This document shows positions 1 to 17,575 of a DNA stretch of 64,000 nucleotides, one piece after another. The notes under the pieces were generated by a model. It did not search any database, was not told the origin of the DNA, and was given only the letters and a program-made list of their open reading frames with translations. The stretch lies in NCBI GenBank assembly GCA_033442325.1, contig JAWQFM010000018.1, positions 636,617 through 700,616 of the forward strand, read 5' to 3'. Made by a program: the position numbers and the translations under genes. This stretch comes from Salpingoeca rosetta (taxonomy: Eukaryota > Protista > Choanoflagellata). Positions within the stretch are counted from its first letter, which is position 1. Each line of letters starts with the position of its first letter.

Positions 1-155
1 TGTAGTGCGAGTATGTGTGTATGTGTGTCGCTGTGTGAGTGTGAGTGTGAGTGTGTATGTGTGTGTATGTGTGTCGCTGTGTGTGTGTGTGCCTTTAGTG
101 CCTCCTGGTTACCTCTCTTCATCTTTTAACACCCATGCGTGTTTGCGTACAACAG

Positions 156-2019
156 TGATTCACCATCAGGATGCGAGCCACTCGCTGGACTGCACCCTCA
201 ACGTGCGCCAGATGTGCCTCCTTGCTCGTCCGCACACCCTCGCCGCTGCAGACCAGCACACCGGCGCAGCATGGGCGTGGTGCCAGGTCAGCCCTTGCTT
301 GTGTCACGTGTTACGTGCGTTTTCGTGCGTTTGCATGCGAAGCAACACCACGACAGCAGCATTGTGGTGTTTCATCATGCATCAGCTCACCCAAGCACAC
401 GCCATTGTTCCATCTACTCACTTGCACACACACACACACACACCCAAACTCACTCACTCACACATACACACACACTCTCTCTTTCTCCCTCGTGAACAAC
501 TCAATGCGACAGGTTGGCGTGCCGAGAAGCGAGGCGTTGAAGGAGCTCAAGGGCAAGGCGGCCGGCGCCTTTGTCGTGTACGGGCTGTGCGATGGCGATG
601 ACGGTGTGCACTTGACGTTTGGGACAGCCGACGGCGACAAGCTGGAGACGGTTGATGTTGAGGTTGCGCCCAATGGCAAGTGCAGCCTCCCCGTCTTTGA
701 TGGTGTTGAGGGCGAGAACCTTGAACACATGCTGGTCACGCTGCTGCAGCACGAGACGCACGGCGCCAAGTTCCTGTGGCCGACACAGCCGCCAACGTCT
801 CGCCTGCGCTCCCCTCGCATCGTGCGCGGTAAGCACCGGTCCCGAGTGGTGCACCGGGCTGTTGTTTGCTTGGTTGGTTGTGCGGACATTTGTTTGCTTG
901 GTCGTTTGAAGGGTGTACATGTGTTGTCCTTGGCGTGCCGCCAAGTTAACCAGCTCTCATTCACCATCACCACTGCCCTCGCACTTGACCTGCCGCATCT
1001 GACCCGTCCATTTCGCCCGTTCCGTCTGTTGACAGCGCCGCCAACGAAGGAGAAGCCCTGGAACTGGTGGCAGCTCGACGCAGATCCAGAGCAGGCGCTT
1101 CAGGTACGACGGCACCACCACGTGTTGGCGGCGTCATTGACGTGTTCATGATGGTGGTGTGCGCGTGCATTATTTCCTTTGCTTTTGCCTACATTCACTC
1201 ACTCACACACTTGCTCACACGTATGCGTGAACACGTGTTTACACATCGGCGCGCATCCCCTTCTCCTTTCCTCGGTGCAACAGGAGCTGCGGCTGCGGCG
1301 AGATGGGGCGTTTGTGATTCGTCGTCATCCGAGCGGCGGTGCACTTCGCTTTCTCCTCTCGTACAAGTTCCACGATCGCATCATCGATGAGGAAATCATT
1401 CGCACCCCCGCATCAAACATGTTCTCGCAAGGTTTGTTGCGTCGAACGCTGGCGGTGGTGTTGACGAGGGCACATGCGATATGTTGAGGTGATGGCGGCG
1501 GTGCGAGAAAGCGTTCCTTGTGCCTGTTCTGATTGCCAGCGCTGCTCGCCGCCATCTCTTATTGACATTGCTGGACACTCAACGACACTTCTCACCCTTT
1601 GTCGCTTTTGCTCCCCCCCCTCCTTCCTTCTTTGTTTTCTCCTGTTGCCTGCAGGCTTCATGCTTGGCAGCGCCCAGCAGCACGTGTACCCGACACTGCA
1701 TGCGCTGGTGAATGCGTGCACGCGGCCCGGCCAGCAGCTCAAGTGCCCACTCCGCGTGTCCATCCAGCCAGACCCAGACCTGCAACCCCCAGCCGTCACG
1801 CCAACGATGCGGCAGAAGGGGCGCACGTACGAGAGGCTGCAGGCCGCGGTGGAGGGCGGGCAGGAAGCAACGCGCAAGTGGCGTGCACATGAACAGCCAC
1901 CCAAGGACGAGGGGGATGGTGGCGATGAGGGTGGTAAGCAGGGCGAGGACATGAGTGCAACCGCCGATGTCGCAGGGAAGACGCCGGGGACGGACCAGTT
2001 TGAAGTGTTCGAGGCGTGA
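156..2019 (+). CDS. Tandem SH2-domain protein, 3' part (5' end probably upstream of the window)
   Basis: In-phase GT-AG exons 156-286, 513-828, 1036-1103, 1284-1431, 1655-2019 (TGA). Two SH2-like units: WAWCQ/VGVPRSEALKELKGKAAGAFVVY... and WNWWQLDADPEQALQ/ELRLRRDGAFVIRR...LLSYKF.../GFMLG...YPTLHALV...LKCPL. Confidence 0.75.
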
Positions 2020-2939
2020 GCCAACTTCATCGTGGTTCCCCTTTCCCTCGTCACCTTGACATGATTTCTCTCGTTTCTTTTGGCGATTCGTGTTTGAATG
2101 CTTTGCATGCACGTGATCGTGTGTTTCCTGTGAGGCTGAGTGCCCATGTGTGGGTGTTTTGCTTCCTGTTCCGTCGATTCTTCGCTTCATTCACCATCTT
2201 TCCATGTAGTGCGGCCTTATTGGTTTTGGTTTGTCGTGCTGATTCCATGCCGTCCAAATATTCTCCTCTCATTGCCTTTGGTTCTCAAGCTGAGCTTAAC
2301 CACACCTGTCGGGTGCCCATCACCATGTCTTTGTGTTCCGTGGTTGTGTCAGTGGTTATGTTTGTGTGATGTGTGTGCGTGTGCTGTTGGCAACACGCCG
2401 TCCGTCTGTTTCTCTTTCCGTCTCCGAGTTCTGTCTCTTATGCATTCATCGCTCCCCTCTTTTTTTATTGCTACTGTCTCAGTTGAAACATGCACGTGTG
2501 CTGCGTGCATGTAGCGGGTGCTTTGGGTGTGCAAGGTGTGTCTTGCACCCTGTGTGGATCGATGACGTGGACTCGATGTTCACTGCATATCCTCTTTAAC
2601 ATGTACACACGACCGAACAATGAACAGTCAAGGCACAAGTCATCAAATCGACCGTGCGCCACGTCACTGTTACCGAGCAAGCCATCGATGTTGACATGTG
2701 TGTCAAAGCACATCACATCACCTCACCTCACACATGTTGATGCCCACCATCATCATCATCAACATCATCATCGTTGCCGTCGTTGTGGTCTTGCTGTACG
2801 CGTTTCCAAAACGACTGGACTGTCTGTCCTTTTGACTGCAAGAACGCTGTTGTCTTGCATGCTTCCGCGCACAGCTGTCACATCGCAGTGGAAGTTGGAA
2901 GAGGAATCATCGTGAGCAGAGTGGTGCTCCAAGTGGCCT

Positions 2940-3513
2940 TCAAGAGTTGTGGGGGTGGTGGGGTGGAATGCGATGACAGTGGGTCAAAACAAATTGTGAC
3001 ATGCACCCATTCGTGATGACAGTGCGCACCGATTCAAGGAGCATGACAATGTTCGGGTCGGAGGTTGGTGATGCTTGGAGCGTGGACAGGATGTCCAACA
3101 GCTCATCAACACGTGTCGAGGCAGATGTTTCCAGCCCTGACGTCACAGCAGCTTGGAACACCTCCCACTGCGTGTCAAATGCGATGTGATTTGTGTGTGT
3201 GTGTGTGTATGTGTGTGTGTGTGTATGTGTGTGTATGTGTGTGTGTGAATGAACACGTGTGCTCGAAAAAATAGGCAGTACTGGCGGACCTATACACACG
3301 TATAAACACACACACACACACAAACACACAAACACACACGAACACACACACACACCTGCTGTCGATGCAGCGACTGCACGTGTGTGCGGAGGAGAGAGTG
3401 GATGCGGTTTGAGTCCTCAAACGGTGGGCCGGTGCCGAGTGGAGACGACGAAAAGTGACGCGAATACAACCTGAAGCATATGTGTTTATGGGTCGATAAC
3501 ATGCCTTGAGCTT

Positions 3514-3585
<72 letters not shown>

Positions 3586-4496
3586 CATGCATTCCAGCAG
3601 TGATGTTTTTGTAAAATTGGATGCCGCGTTCGAACTGACTTTTGTGCTTGTGGCGAATGGATGCCGTCAATCCACCAACAGCAGTTGTTGACATCGTGAG
3701 AAGGCCTGGAGGAGTGAAACGTGGAGTAAAATCAGGCAAGGGGTAATGTCAGAGGCAGTTGTCAGCACCAACTTGAAAACACACGTGATGAGCACGCAAC
3801 CATCGCACGCATGGCAACCATTACACGCATGACAATTTGCATACACCCAAAACTCACTCACTCACACACACCGATGGGCCTATGTTCACACTCACAGTGG
3901 CTGGGGAGCATCTTCATCTGTGCCATCGTCGTCATCGTCATCGTTGCCACCACCACCACCACCACCTCCACCACCACCACCACCTCCACCACTGTGTTGC
4001 TGGTGCGCAGGGCCACCCCTCTTCAGTCGTGCAATGTGCGCGTGGATGCGCGACGTCGACGGCAGCCAGCTTGGGCGATGGATGCACAGCGGGCTGACGG
4101 AGACCACTGATGACGACGATGATGGCGGTGGTGGTGATGGTACCTGGGTGGCGTGCGGTGCGATTGTTGCGAGTCAGAGATGGCGAGGTGAGAACACGAT
4201 GAACACTGGCTCGTGTCACCTGCAGCCACTACAATGATACACACAAACAAAAATGCACACGCACACATCAATGCACTCATGCATTCAGAGACGTATGCAA
4301 GAGCCGCACCTGTCCACCGGGATCTTGATTGCAATCGGAGATGCAGATGGTCCTGTCATCGTCAACGTCGTCCTGACACATGTGCGCGTCTCCGCCATGC
4401 AGAAGTGCGGATATGTCGTCGATGTCGTGGCCGAGGGCGCGCAGCGATCGTACAAGCAGCACCCGCACGCCGGCGAGGCCCACATCTGCACATTCG

Positions 4497-4542
<46 letters not shown>

Positions 4543-6776
4543 ATGAACACACAACACATCACGGCTGCACGATGGGGCACACAAACGATCTCGTACGCTA
4601 GTACGTGGGTCCACATAGGCATTCACGATGCACACCAGCAGCAATCAACCCTCACTGCCTCGTCCTCCCGCGCAAAACCAACCTGTGCGCGCGTCTGTGG
4701 TGCTGACGGCGTCCATGTAGAGATCAAGAACGGCTGGAATCGAATCCTCGCACAGAAGAGCACCACGCCACCGCTCACAGCTGCCTTTGCCATCACCATC
4801 ATCATCGTTCTCGCGTAGGGGCGTGAGGACAGCAGATTGCGCCATTCTCTTCAGGAACAACGACCGCCACACGTGTGCAGCACCCATGCGTCCCTTCACA
4901 CCGCCATCATCATCATTATCACCAGCGTGGGCGTGGTCATCATCATCATCATCATCATCATCATCGTCATCATTGTCGTCGTCGTTGTCATCGTCGTCGT
5001 GGTCGTCGTCGTCGTCGTCACCGCCGCTGCTGCTGTTGGAAGCGAGGAGTCGGTGAATGGCACGGATGTTGGCCAGGGCTGCATTCGATGCACGTTTAAC
5101 GTGTCTCTCCAGCTTATCACGCAGGTCCATTTGCCGCTGCAACCGCTCAGCCGCCAACACACCCGCATCCACCTCACTCTCCGCAGCAGGTTGGCTCAAT
5201 GCTGCCTGTGCGACTGGCCGTTGAGACGGGTGCTGTGTGCTGTGTGTTGGCATGCCGGTTTGGTGCTGCATGCCAGCTTGGTGGTGTGGTCCCCTTTCCT
5301 TTGCCCCATCGTGCCCAGCAAGGCTTGCATATGCTCCTCCCTCTTCCTTCTTCTCTTCACCACCGACCTCCACGCCACCACCACCGTCGGCGTCATCGTC
5401 GTCGCTGCCCTGATTCAGTCCAACATGCTTTGCTGTCCCGGTACGTCCCCGACCAGACACAACGCGCCCGAGACGCCGCGCTGTTGCGCTGCCACGTGCT
5501 CTTCCCACTCTATTGCTGCTGCTGCTGTGGCTGCTATTATTGCTGCTACTGGTGTGGCTGCGACCACGACCACCACGACCACCACGACCACCACGACCAC
5601 CACGACCACCACGACCACGTGCAGGCCGCGTGGCAGTTGCAGCTGCTGTTCGTGATGACGATGGTGATGAGGACGGCGGTGCGCGGTGGCGGCCGCTGGC
5701 GACGCGAGATGACGGCTGGCTCGCACCGCGGACACGATGGCGTGACGATGACACCGATGTCAATGATGGTGCTGATGATGATGGTGGTGGTGCTGCTGGT
5801 GCTGTATCACGCGATGGTCTAAAGTCAGGCAGAGCGCAACAAGGTGCATGAAATGAGCGCCAAGTTGTGTATGTGTGCTTGTTTGTATGAAACCTTGCTT
5901 TCGTCCTCACCAAGCTGCCAACCTGTCAATCTCACATACCGTTTGGTGCGTGGCGCAGGTGTGGTTGAATAGATGGCTCGACGCTGCTTCTCTCGCTCTG
6001 CTTTGCGCTCTTTAGCCTGCTGCCGAACCCTGTGTACACAGGCACAAGCAGGAGCATCCACGTCACACTGTCAAGTATGGTGGGAAAGATAATTGCAAGC
6101 AAATCGCGGGCGTACCCAGGGCAAGCGTGTACATCAACATAGACACACACAGACACACACATGCTGCACACACGCACACACGGGCGCACACAAATGCTTC
6201 GCACCCACACATGCACATGTGCCTACCTGACGACCTCTGCACGGCTGAGGGCGTCTTCCACCAGCTTTAGGGATCGCACCTCAGCCTCCATTGCAGCATC
6301 CGTGTCCTGTGGCAACGAAGTGCCGGTGGTGGTGGTGAATGAAAGGAAAGCAGCACGCATGTGGAAGTCCCACGAGCAACAAAGAAGAGAACCGCAGACA
6401 CAGCCCTACCTGCTTGTGGGTGTCCACCTCTTGCCGCACATCGCGCACCACCGCATTGCGGCTGCTCTCTTGGCTGCATCGACGCACGAGAATCAATGCA
6501 TGGCACATCATGAGTGCGACCATGAGCTGTGTATAACAGTGTGGCAAGAACAGTGCCAAGAACAGTGCCAAGACATCAAGGAAACCGCAAGCAAAAAGGA
6601 AAAGGGCAGCACGATGACAAATGTAAGACCATTGCAAACAACACTCACAGGTGCCGGAGCTGCTGGGCCACGAAGCGGAGGGCCGCTGTCTTGCGCTCCA
6701 CCTGTGTCAGTGCATCCTCATAGGCGCACCGCAGCCCACGCACCGCATCCACCAGCTCCCGCAACGGCCCGGCCAT
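2940..6776 (-). CDS. Hypothetical multi-exon protein, possibly TEDC2/C16orf59-like
   Basis: ATG at 6776. In-phase exons 6649-6776, ~6410-6473, ~6227-6306, ~5940-6029, ~4683-5818 and ~4318-4485, then less certain exons near 3895-4106, 3583-3640, 3356-3470 and 2940/3008-3167. Helical N- and C-termini flank a long low-complexity middle with RGG repeats and poly-D. The 3' end is uncertain. Confidence 0.55.
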
Positions 6777-6890
6777 CCCTGCTGAAAATTGTTCAAAAAC
6801 ATACGCAAATCCTCCACAATCACATCCGCCAAATCCGTCTTTTTGTTGATTGTTTTGCTGTTGCGTTGGGGTTGTGGTTGTAGCTGAGGC

Positions 6891-8167
<1,277 letters not shown>

Positions 8168-8878
8168 CTGGTGCACGGATGTGTGATGCAGTGGGTGTAT
8201 TTCGCGTGATGGTGCTTGCAGATGTGATGGGCCTGGTAGTGAACACGAACGATAGCAAACTGTGGCGATTTGTGTACACTCCAAGAGATGTTGTCATTCA
8301 GAGTGCATGTTTGTTGTGTCGACTTTTGAATGAGTAAACAACTGATATGACCAAGACCGCGTGATGAAACGAGACAGTGACTGTGTTGTTTATGAAAAGG
8401 AATGTGTGCAGCAGTTGCCTGTGGCAGCCAGTGAACATGACCACACCGCTTGAAGGAGCAAACAGTAGTGGCAACCACACACGCGATAGACAGGAAGCGG
8501 AAGGCGGTGCAGCAGGGAAACACGTGCAGGCTTGGAACGCCAGCACAGGAAAGGTGCAATTATGACAATGACGCGAATAACACACATGCACAACATGCAC
8601 ATACACGCTCACATGCATACACATACACATACACATTCACTTGCACACGCATACACAGACATACACGTCACATCCGCAAACAGATCAACACAACAGAAGG
8701 AGTAAGGAATGCGGCAAGAATACAGAGTGTGTACAGAACCTAAAGGGTCAATAAAGGTGGGGACAGCATGGGCGTGGCACCAGCACGTTGACAGAAACAA
8801 AAGCAGAAGTAGCAAAGGCAGGACAGCAGTGTGTGGAGAACAGGATTCAGCATCCAGATTGCGCCATTGCGAGGAGCG

Positions 8879-10733
<1,855 letters not shown>

Positions 10734-10740
10734 CGTTGTC

Positions 10741-10844
<104 letters not shown>

Positions 10845-10946
10845 GTTGATTTGGCGTTGTTGGTTTGGTTCGCATAAGCGTTGCTGAAAATTGACCATCA
10901 TGTTCATAATTGTCGACAACGCAAGAGAAAGGTGTGTGAATGTGTG

Positions 10947-10994
<48 letters not shown>

Positions 10995-11116
10995 GGTGTG
11001 TGTGTGTGTGAAGGTGTGTGTGTGTGTGTGAAGGTGTGTGTCTTTGCGTGTGTATGTGGTGTAAATAAGGCAACCACAAACAGCAAGGTGTGCATTGCTA
11101 CAAGGCAGCAGTCATG

Positions 11117-11486
11117 TCACGCGAGGAGCTTGTCAACGGTGACGCCGTGCACGGTGGCACGCGTCGGCCGTACAAAGAGGCCGTGGTCGTGCTTGGCCGT
11201 AAAGTATCGCTTGCCCTGCACCGTGCCGTCGTTCTTGCCCGCAGGCTCGCTCAGCTCAACGCCAAGCCACATTCCATCAGCAAACTCTGTCATGGTGTGG
11301 GTATGTGGAAGGGAAGGTGGAGGAGGAGGTTGGTTTGTCGTGGGGAGACAAAGGATGAGCTTGTTCTCGATGGCATTACGCCACGCATACACACACGCAC
11401 ATCCTCACACACACACACACACATCCTCACACACACACACACACACGCACACACACACACACACATCCTCACACACACACACACAT

Positions 11487-11561
<75 letters not shown>

Positions 11562-13643
11562 CGTTGACAAAGCTCTCACCCCCACACGCACCTGTGTCTC
11601 CGATGAAGCGAATATGGCCGCGCTTGCCGTTGACGGTGACGCGAGAGCCAACACCGACCTTGCCGCTGCCGGACGACACCCGCCCACGCGGGCTCTTGCC
11701 CGCACCTTTCGGGCTGCAGGGCGGGATGCAAGAGGGGCAGTGAGTGTGGGTGGGATGGCAGGGGTGAGTAATGGCGGTCATGACGACACAAAGTACTGAA
11801 TACTGGAAACTCACACGTGCATATCATGTCCACAAATACACTCATACACACACACACAGACACAGATGTACACAACACACACACACATAAACACAAACAC
11901 GTCTTCACGCACCTGCGCGATGGGATGCGGGATGAGGGCGACGCGCCCGTGGAGCCGGCACCGCGCTGCTGTCGCCGTGGCGTTGACGGGACGTGTGATG
12001 CTGTCGACGACGATGACGACGCTCCTGCTGTTGCTGTTGCACTTGTTGTTGGTTTCGTTGTCCCTGCTGTTGTTGTTGCATGTGTAGCCCTCTTGCCGCC
12101 CTTGCTGCTGGTTGTAGCTGCTGATGTTGTGTTCTTGGGGCCTTTGGTTAGCAGGCTTGCCGTGTCAGCAAGCACAAACACACCATGTCTGCGTACGTGT
12201 GTGAGTGTGAGCGTAAGTGTGAGTGTGTGAGTGTGAGTGTGTAGATGCCTGTGTGCTGACATCATCGAAATCAATGAGCATTGCGTGTGCCATCACAACC
12301 CTATAACCCTCGCTCCCATGCCAGGTGTTCACTCCACCCACCCGTCGGGACACGTGAAGTAGGTCTTGCCCTGCACCGTTCCATCGTGCTTGCCCTGATG
12401 ATGGTGGTCACAATGCAATGTGCAGGGGAGATGAAACCATGAGCGCATGCGAGCGCCTCACACCACCATCATCATCATCATCAACATCATCACCAACATC
12501 ATCATCATCAACAACACACGCATGCGCACATACACACAGACACATGCACCCACAAACACAAACACACAGCTGCCACCATCACGACACGTGATGCGAGGGC
12601 GGCACCTGGGGCGAGTCGAGCTCAATGCCGAGCCAGCGGCCGGGCTTGAAGTCGACGAGGCCACGGTAGAGCACCGTCCCCACGCGCTGCCCGCTGATGG
12701 TCACCCGGTCGCCAACCTGGCAGTATCGTCGTCGCGGTGGTGGTGGTGGTGGTGGCGGCGGTGGTGTTGTTGTTGATTCGGGGTGAGCGTCATGAAGGGG
12801 CACAAACAAGCAAGCAATGGTGCTCAAAGTTACACACACACGCACACACGCACACACACACACACAGACACACACACACACACACAAGCGTCACCTCGAT
12901 GGTGGCAACCGAGGCCCTGGCAGCAACACTGCCCCTGGAGCCACGACGAACGCTGCCGCTGGTGGTGGCACTGGCCCTGGATGACGACGACGACGCTGCT
13001 GCTGCTGATGATGATGATGATGCTGTGTCGGGCTGTTCTCGGAGCAGGCGGCACACACTCGCCACGTCGTCGCGCTCAGCTGTTGTTGTTGTTGTTGTTG
13101 TGGTGGTGGTGGTGGTGGTGGTGGTGGTGGTGGTGGTGGTGGTGGTGGTGAGCATTTGTCAACATCACTGAAGGAGGGGTCAATGCGAAGAAACAACACT
13201 CAACCATCTGTCATGACAACCAGCGACCATTCACAGCACACACCACACAGCACACACACCACACATCACACATCACATCGCACACATCGCACACATGACG
13301 TGACATGCAGCTCACCCTGGCCCTTTGCGTTGCGTTGTGCCTCGAGGGCATAGTCGTATGGGGTCTTGCCCGCGTCGTCCTGCTGGGTGCGACTGGCGCC
13401 GTGGTTCAGCAGGAGTGCAATGCACCCCATATGGCGGCCCTGCACAGCAAGATGCAGCGGCGTCTGCGCGTCATATGACGACGCTTTTGCGTTGCATTGC
13501 ACGCGGCGCGCACCGTCCAGCATCAACTGAAGATGTGATGAATGGCAGAGGGGAGTGGATGCAAGGTGCAGTGAGGGGTGAGATCAACAAGAGGAGGGGT
13601 GAGCAGCGAAATTTCACTCTGCTCGCTCAAGCAATGCATGCCC

Positions 13644-13739
<96 letters not shown>

Positions 13740-14712
13740 GATATACAACACATCACATCACAAACACACCTTGAGGCCCTGTTCAAAGCCGAACATGGCT
13801 GCGGTGTGGACAGGGGTGAGGCCCGTCCACTTGCTCTGGGCATTGGGCGATGCGCCAGAATCGAGCAGCCGCTTGACCGCCATCGCCGCCTCCCGCTCGC
13901 AGCCAAGACCAACCGCGCCCGCCTTCGAAAAATCCACACAAGTGTTGGTTGGTTGGTTGGTTGGTTGGTTGGTTGGTTGTGTCACCGGCGAGTCAGTGCT
14001 GGTGTGATGGGGGCATTGCATGTACTTGAAGGCAGGTGCACGCAACGGGTGGCCACTGTACGCACGGGTGTCAACATACATCAACTTCAGTCTCACCTTG
14101 CAGGTAAAGTGGAGGAGGGTGTCGCCAGTCAGGGCGTCGCGATCGTTGGGGCTTGCGCCGCGGCACAGAAACTGTGACGCATCGGAGACGCACGAATGCG
14201 AATGAGTACATCATGTGCGCAAACACTAAACAGCAAAACCAGTGCCGCACATGTACAAGCACACGCATATGCACGAGAGCGCGTGGACCTCGTTGACGAT
14301 GTCGCCAATCTTGGACTGCACTTTCGGTGTCCACTGGCGGCAGACAGTAAACAGCTGGCCCAGTGTTGCGCCATGGTCAGCCATGACCTGACAAAACGTG
14401 TGTGTGCGTGTGTGTGTGTGTGTGTGTTTGTGCGCGTGTGTGATATGTGAGTGAGTGTGAGTGAGAGAGAGAGAGAGTGTGTGTGTGTGTGTGTGTGTGT
14501 GAGCGAGAGTGTGTGTGTGCAAAAGTGTGTGTGCTCACAAAGCAAGTGGCACCCGTATCATTGGCGCCAACGCCACTGCCAAGCTCACTGCAACACGTTC
14601 ACACCCATGACAACATCACAAAACACACGCTTACGTCGTTCACGTCGAGTTCATGGCCTTCCTCCTCGACAAACGTGTCAATGACCACGTACGATTCAGA
14701 CGCCTTCACCAT
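11117..14712 (-). CDS. CLIP3/CLIP4-like protein: ankyrin repeats + two CAP-Gly domains
   Basis: N-terminal [52 protein letters not shown]...[15 protein letters not shown].../TPLHLAV matches the CLIP3/4 ankyrin region. CAP-Gly motifs [25 protein letters not shown] and [25 protein letters not shown]...[14 protein letters not shown]. Stop at 11117. Confidence 0.85.
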
Positions 14713-14929
14713 GCTTGCTTGCTTGCTTGCTTGCTTCGTGGTGGTGGTTGGTTGTTGGTGGTTGGTTGGTGCCAGTCAGTGGTGGTGGTGTGTGGTGCGC
14801 TTGCTCCTCAACTGCCAGACAAACAACAACAACAGCAATAACTGCTCAAAATTGCTGACTCAGCAGAAATCTCAATTTGGATTTGCCACCAAAACGGCCA
14901 ACAACAAACAAGGAAGGAAGCCAGCCAAG

Positions 14930-15399
14930 ATGCTGCGAAGGGTGCGTTGGATGTGGTTGGTTGTTGTATGGTGGGGGTGGATGTGCATGGGTGGGTGCAT
15001 GTGAGAGGACCTTTCTTTGCCTGCGACTGCGTGTACATGTGTGTGTCTCCCTCTCTTTCATTCTCACTGGCTCCCTGATCCTTTGCTTGCTTCCATGCTC
15101 TCTTGCCGTGTCTTGCTGTCTCATTTTATCTGACAGGGAAAGAAGAAGTCATCGGACATCAGCGGGACACGGTTCGAAGCCTCCGTCCGACAGCAACCGC
15201 AGGATGTCCGCGCATCCCTCACAGACCACGAGCACGAGCTGCTCGACGAAATGCTGGTGCGCATGTGTATGTGCGCGTATGTGTGTATGTATCTGCACAT
15301 GTGCGTGGGTGTACGACACACAGAAGCACGAGCTGCCCTTGGACGTGTTTTTCCCAACGCCGCACGCATCGAATCGCTCACACAAACACAAACACAAAC

Positions 15400-15431
<32 letters not shown>

Positions 15432-16146
15432 CAACACCAACAACAACAACAAACGGTGTGACTGTGCACACCTAACCCTCACTCACACGCGCACCAATGC
15501 ATCGTAATACCTCTTGCGTGCAGGAGGCAACAAACTTGGCCGGGTCTGGGCAGCGCGAGCGATTCCTGACCATGGATCGCCGCCAGCTCAAGGAAATGCT
15601 GTCAACCTTTGAAGCAGAAAAGAAAACACAGGTGCGTGCATGCCAGCAAAGGCAAGATGGGGAACCACCTTATGTCCACCTTATGCTCATTGTCTGCTCC
15701 TCAACCCTCCCCCCCCCCCCACTTTCCTATTTTGAAAACAATTTGGATCCCATTGCCCCGCTGGCCTTGCGGTTACAGTTTCTCATTCGCTGTGCTGCTA
15801 CTGCTCCCAACACACCACATGCATCCCCACCCACAGCAAAGCGCGTCGTCGCTGGTTGAGACACTGCGGAGCTGCCTGTCCAACCCATCCGCGCTCTTGC
15901 AGTCGCTCAGCAAAGGCACCGTCTGCCTCAAGACATACCCAGTCGAGTAAGCGTTGTGCCATGACGGCAGCAGAGAAAGACCTGCATAGCTTGCTGTGCG
16001 TGACACCTGTTGACATGGCATCAACGCGTCTGCATCGTCGTTACTTTGGGCGGTGGTGCGGTGACGCCACATGACCGCATACACGTACAAGCGCTGATAC
16101 ATGTAGCGCGCATGTGTGTGTGCGTGTGTGTATGTGTGTGTGTGTG

Positions 16147-16193
<47 letters not shown>

Positions 16194-16909
16194 GTATGAT
16201 TGCGTGTGTGTATCCCTCTGTGCATATGTGTGTTTGCTGCAGGTGGGTCAAGGACTTCTGCACTGAGGGTGGGCTGCTCGTGCTGTTGGACATTCTGGAT
16301 CTCTGCCTCAAACAGTGCGTCGCTCGCGTGGACACATACATGTGCATGTGCGCATGTGTGCCTGTTGTTGGTTGCGTGTGGTTGACGAAGCGCTGCTGGC
16401 TGCGCCTGGTTGGTTTGCGCTGTATTCACGACCTATCATCGCCTACATGGCCACCATTGCCAACGTTACCAACGCCATCATCAACATATTGCCACCATCC
16501 CCAACATCACTGTTGCCACCGCTGTTGCAATCGTCATCAGCCCGGATCTGCTGCCGCTGCAGTCCGAAGCAGTCAAGAGCCTCAAAGCCGTCATGGACAC
16601 TGGGGTACGCGCACACGCACGCGTGTCGCCATTCGCCACTTTGCATCGTGCCTCACTCAGCCAATGACCACTTGACCCATCACAACTCATCACAACTCAT
16701 CACAACCCATCACAACAGACCATCACAACTCATTATTTTCACCAACCTACAATCTTCATCGTAACGCAAGCTCATAAACCATGCCATGCTGCATGACACA
16801 CCAACAGCACGGCCTGGATCTTGCGCTGTCCAGCAGCCAGGCTGTCCTCCTCCTCGTCAAGACCCTCGGATCCGTAGACAGAAAGGTGTGGTGCACATGG
16901 TGTGGACTT

Positions 16910-17006
<97 letters not shown>

Positions 17007-17524
17007 GGCTGCGTGTCGGGTGGTGCCCCAAGCTTTGCCGGTGCTGCATGCTGTTCCGTCTCGATGGCTCGTGTGCATGTGCACCCATGCACTCTCCAAA
17101 CACGCAATCACGCTCAACCCCAATCAACCCCACTCAACCACTCTCAACCACATACAGACGGTGACGACGGTGCTTGAGATGCTCTCTGTGGTCGCGTACC
17201 TCGACAAAGGCCACAAACTCGTCCTCCAGGCTTTCAGGTGCCGTCGGCTACAGGGGTGGTGGCGGTGTTATTGTCTGTTGTTCGTGTCGTCGTGTCAGCA
17301 GCTGAAATGGCTGCATTGAAGCCAACCCCCCCCCTTTCACTCACCATCACCGTCACATCACCATCATCCCCTTCGCCCTTCTACTCATCACCACCATCAT
17401 TGCCATCACCAACCAGTGCCATTGTGCGGGACCGAGGCGGCGGCCTGCGGTTTCGCGTGCTCATCCGACTGCTGGAGGCTGATTATGACCTCAAGCACAG
17501 GGTATGATGATGATGATGGTGATA

Positions 17525-17575
<51 letters not shown>

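Noticed and set aside
4108-4219. Extra exon 4144-4219 with a ~37-nt intron
   Set aside because: Intron far shorter than the others here; splicing directly from ~4318 to ~4106 keeps the frame with a normal-sized intron.
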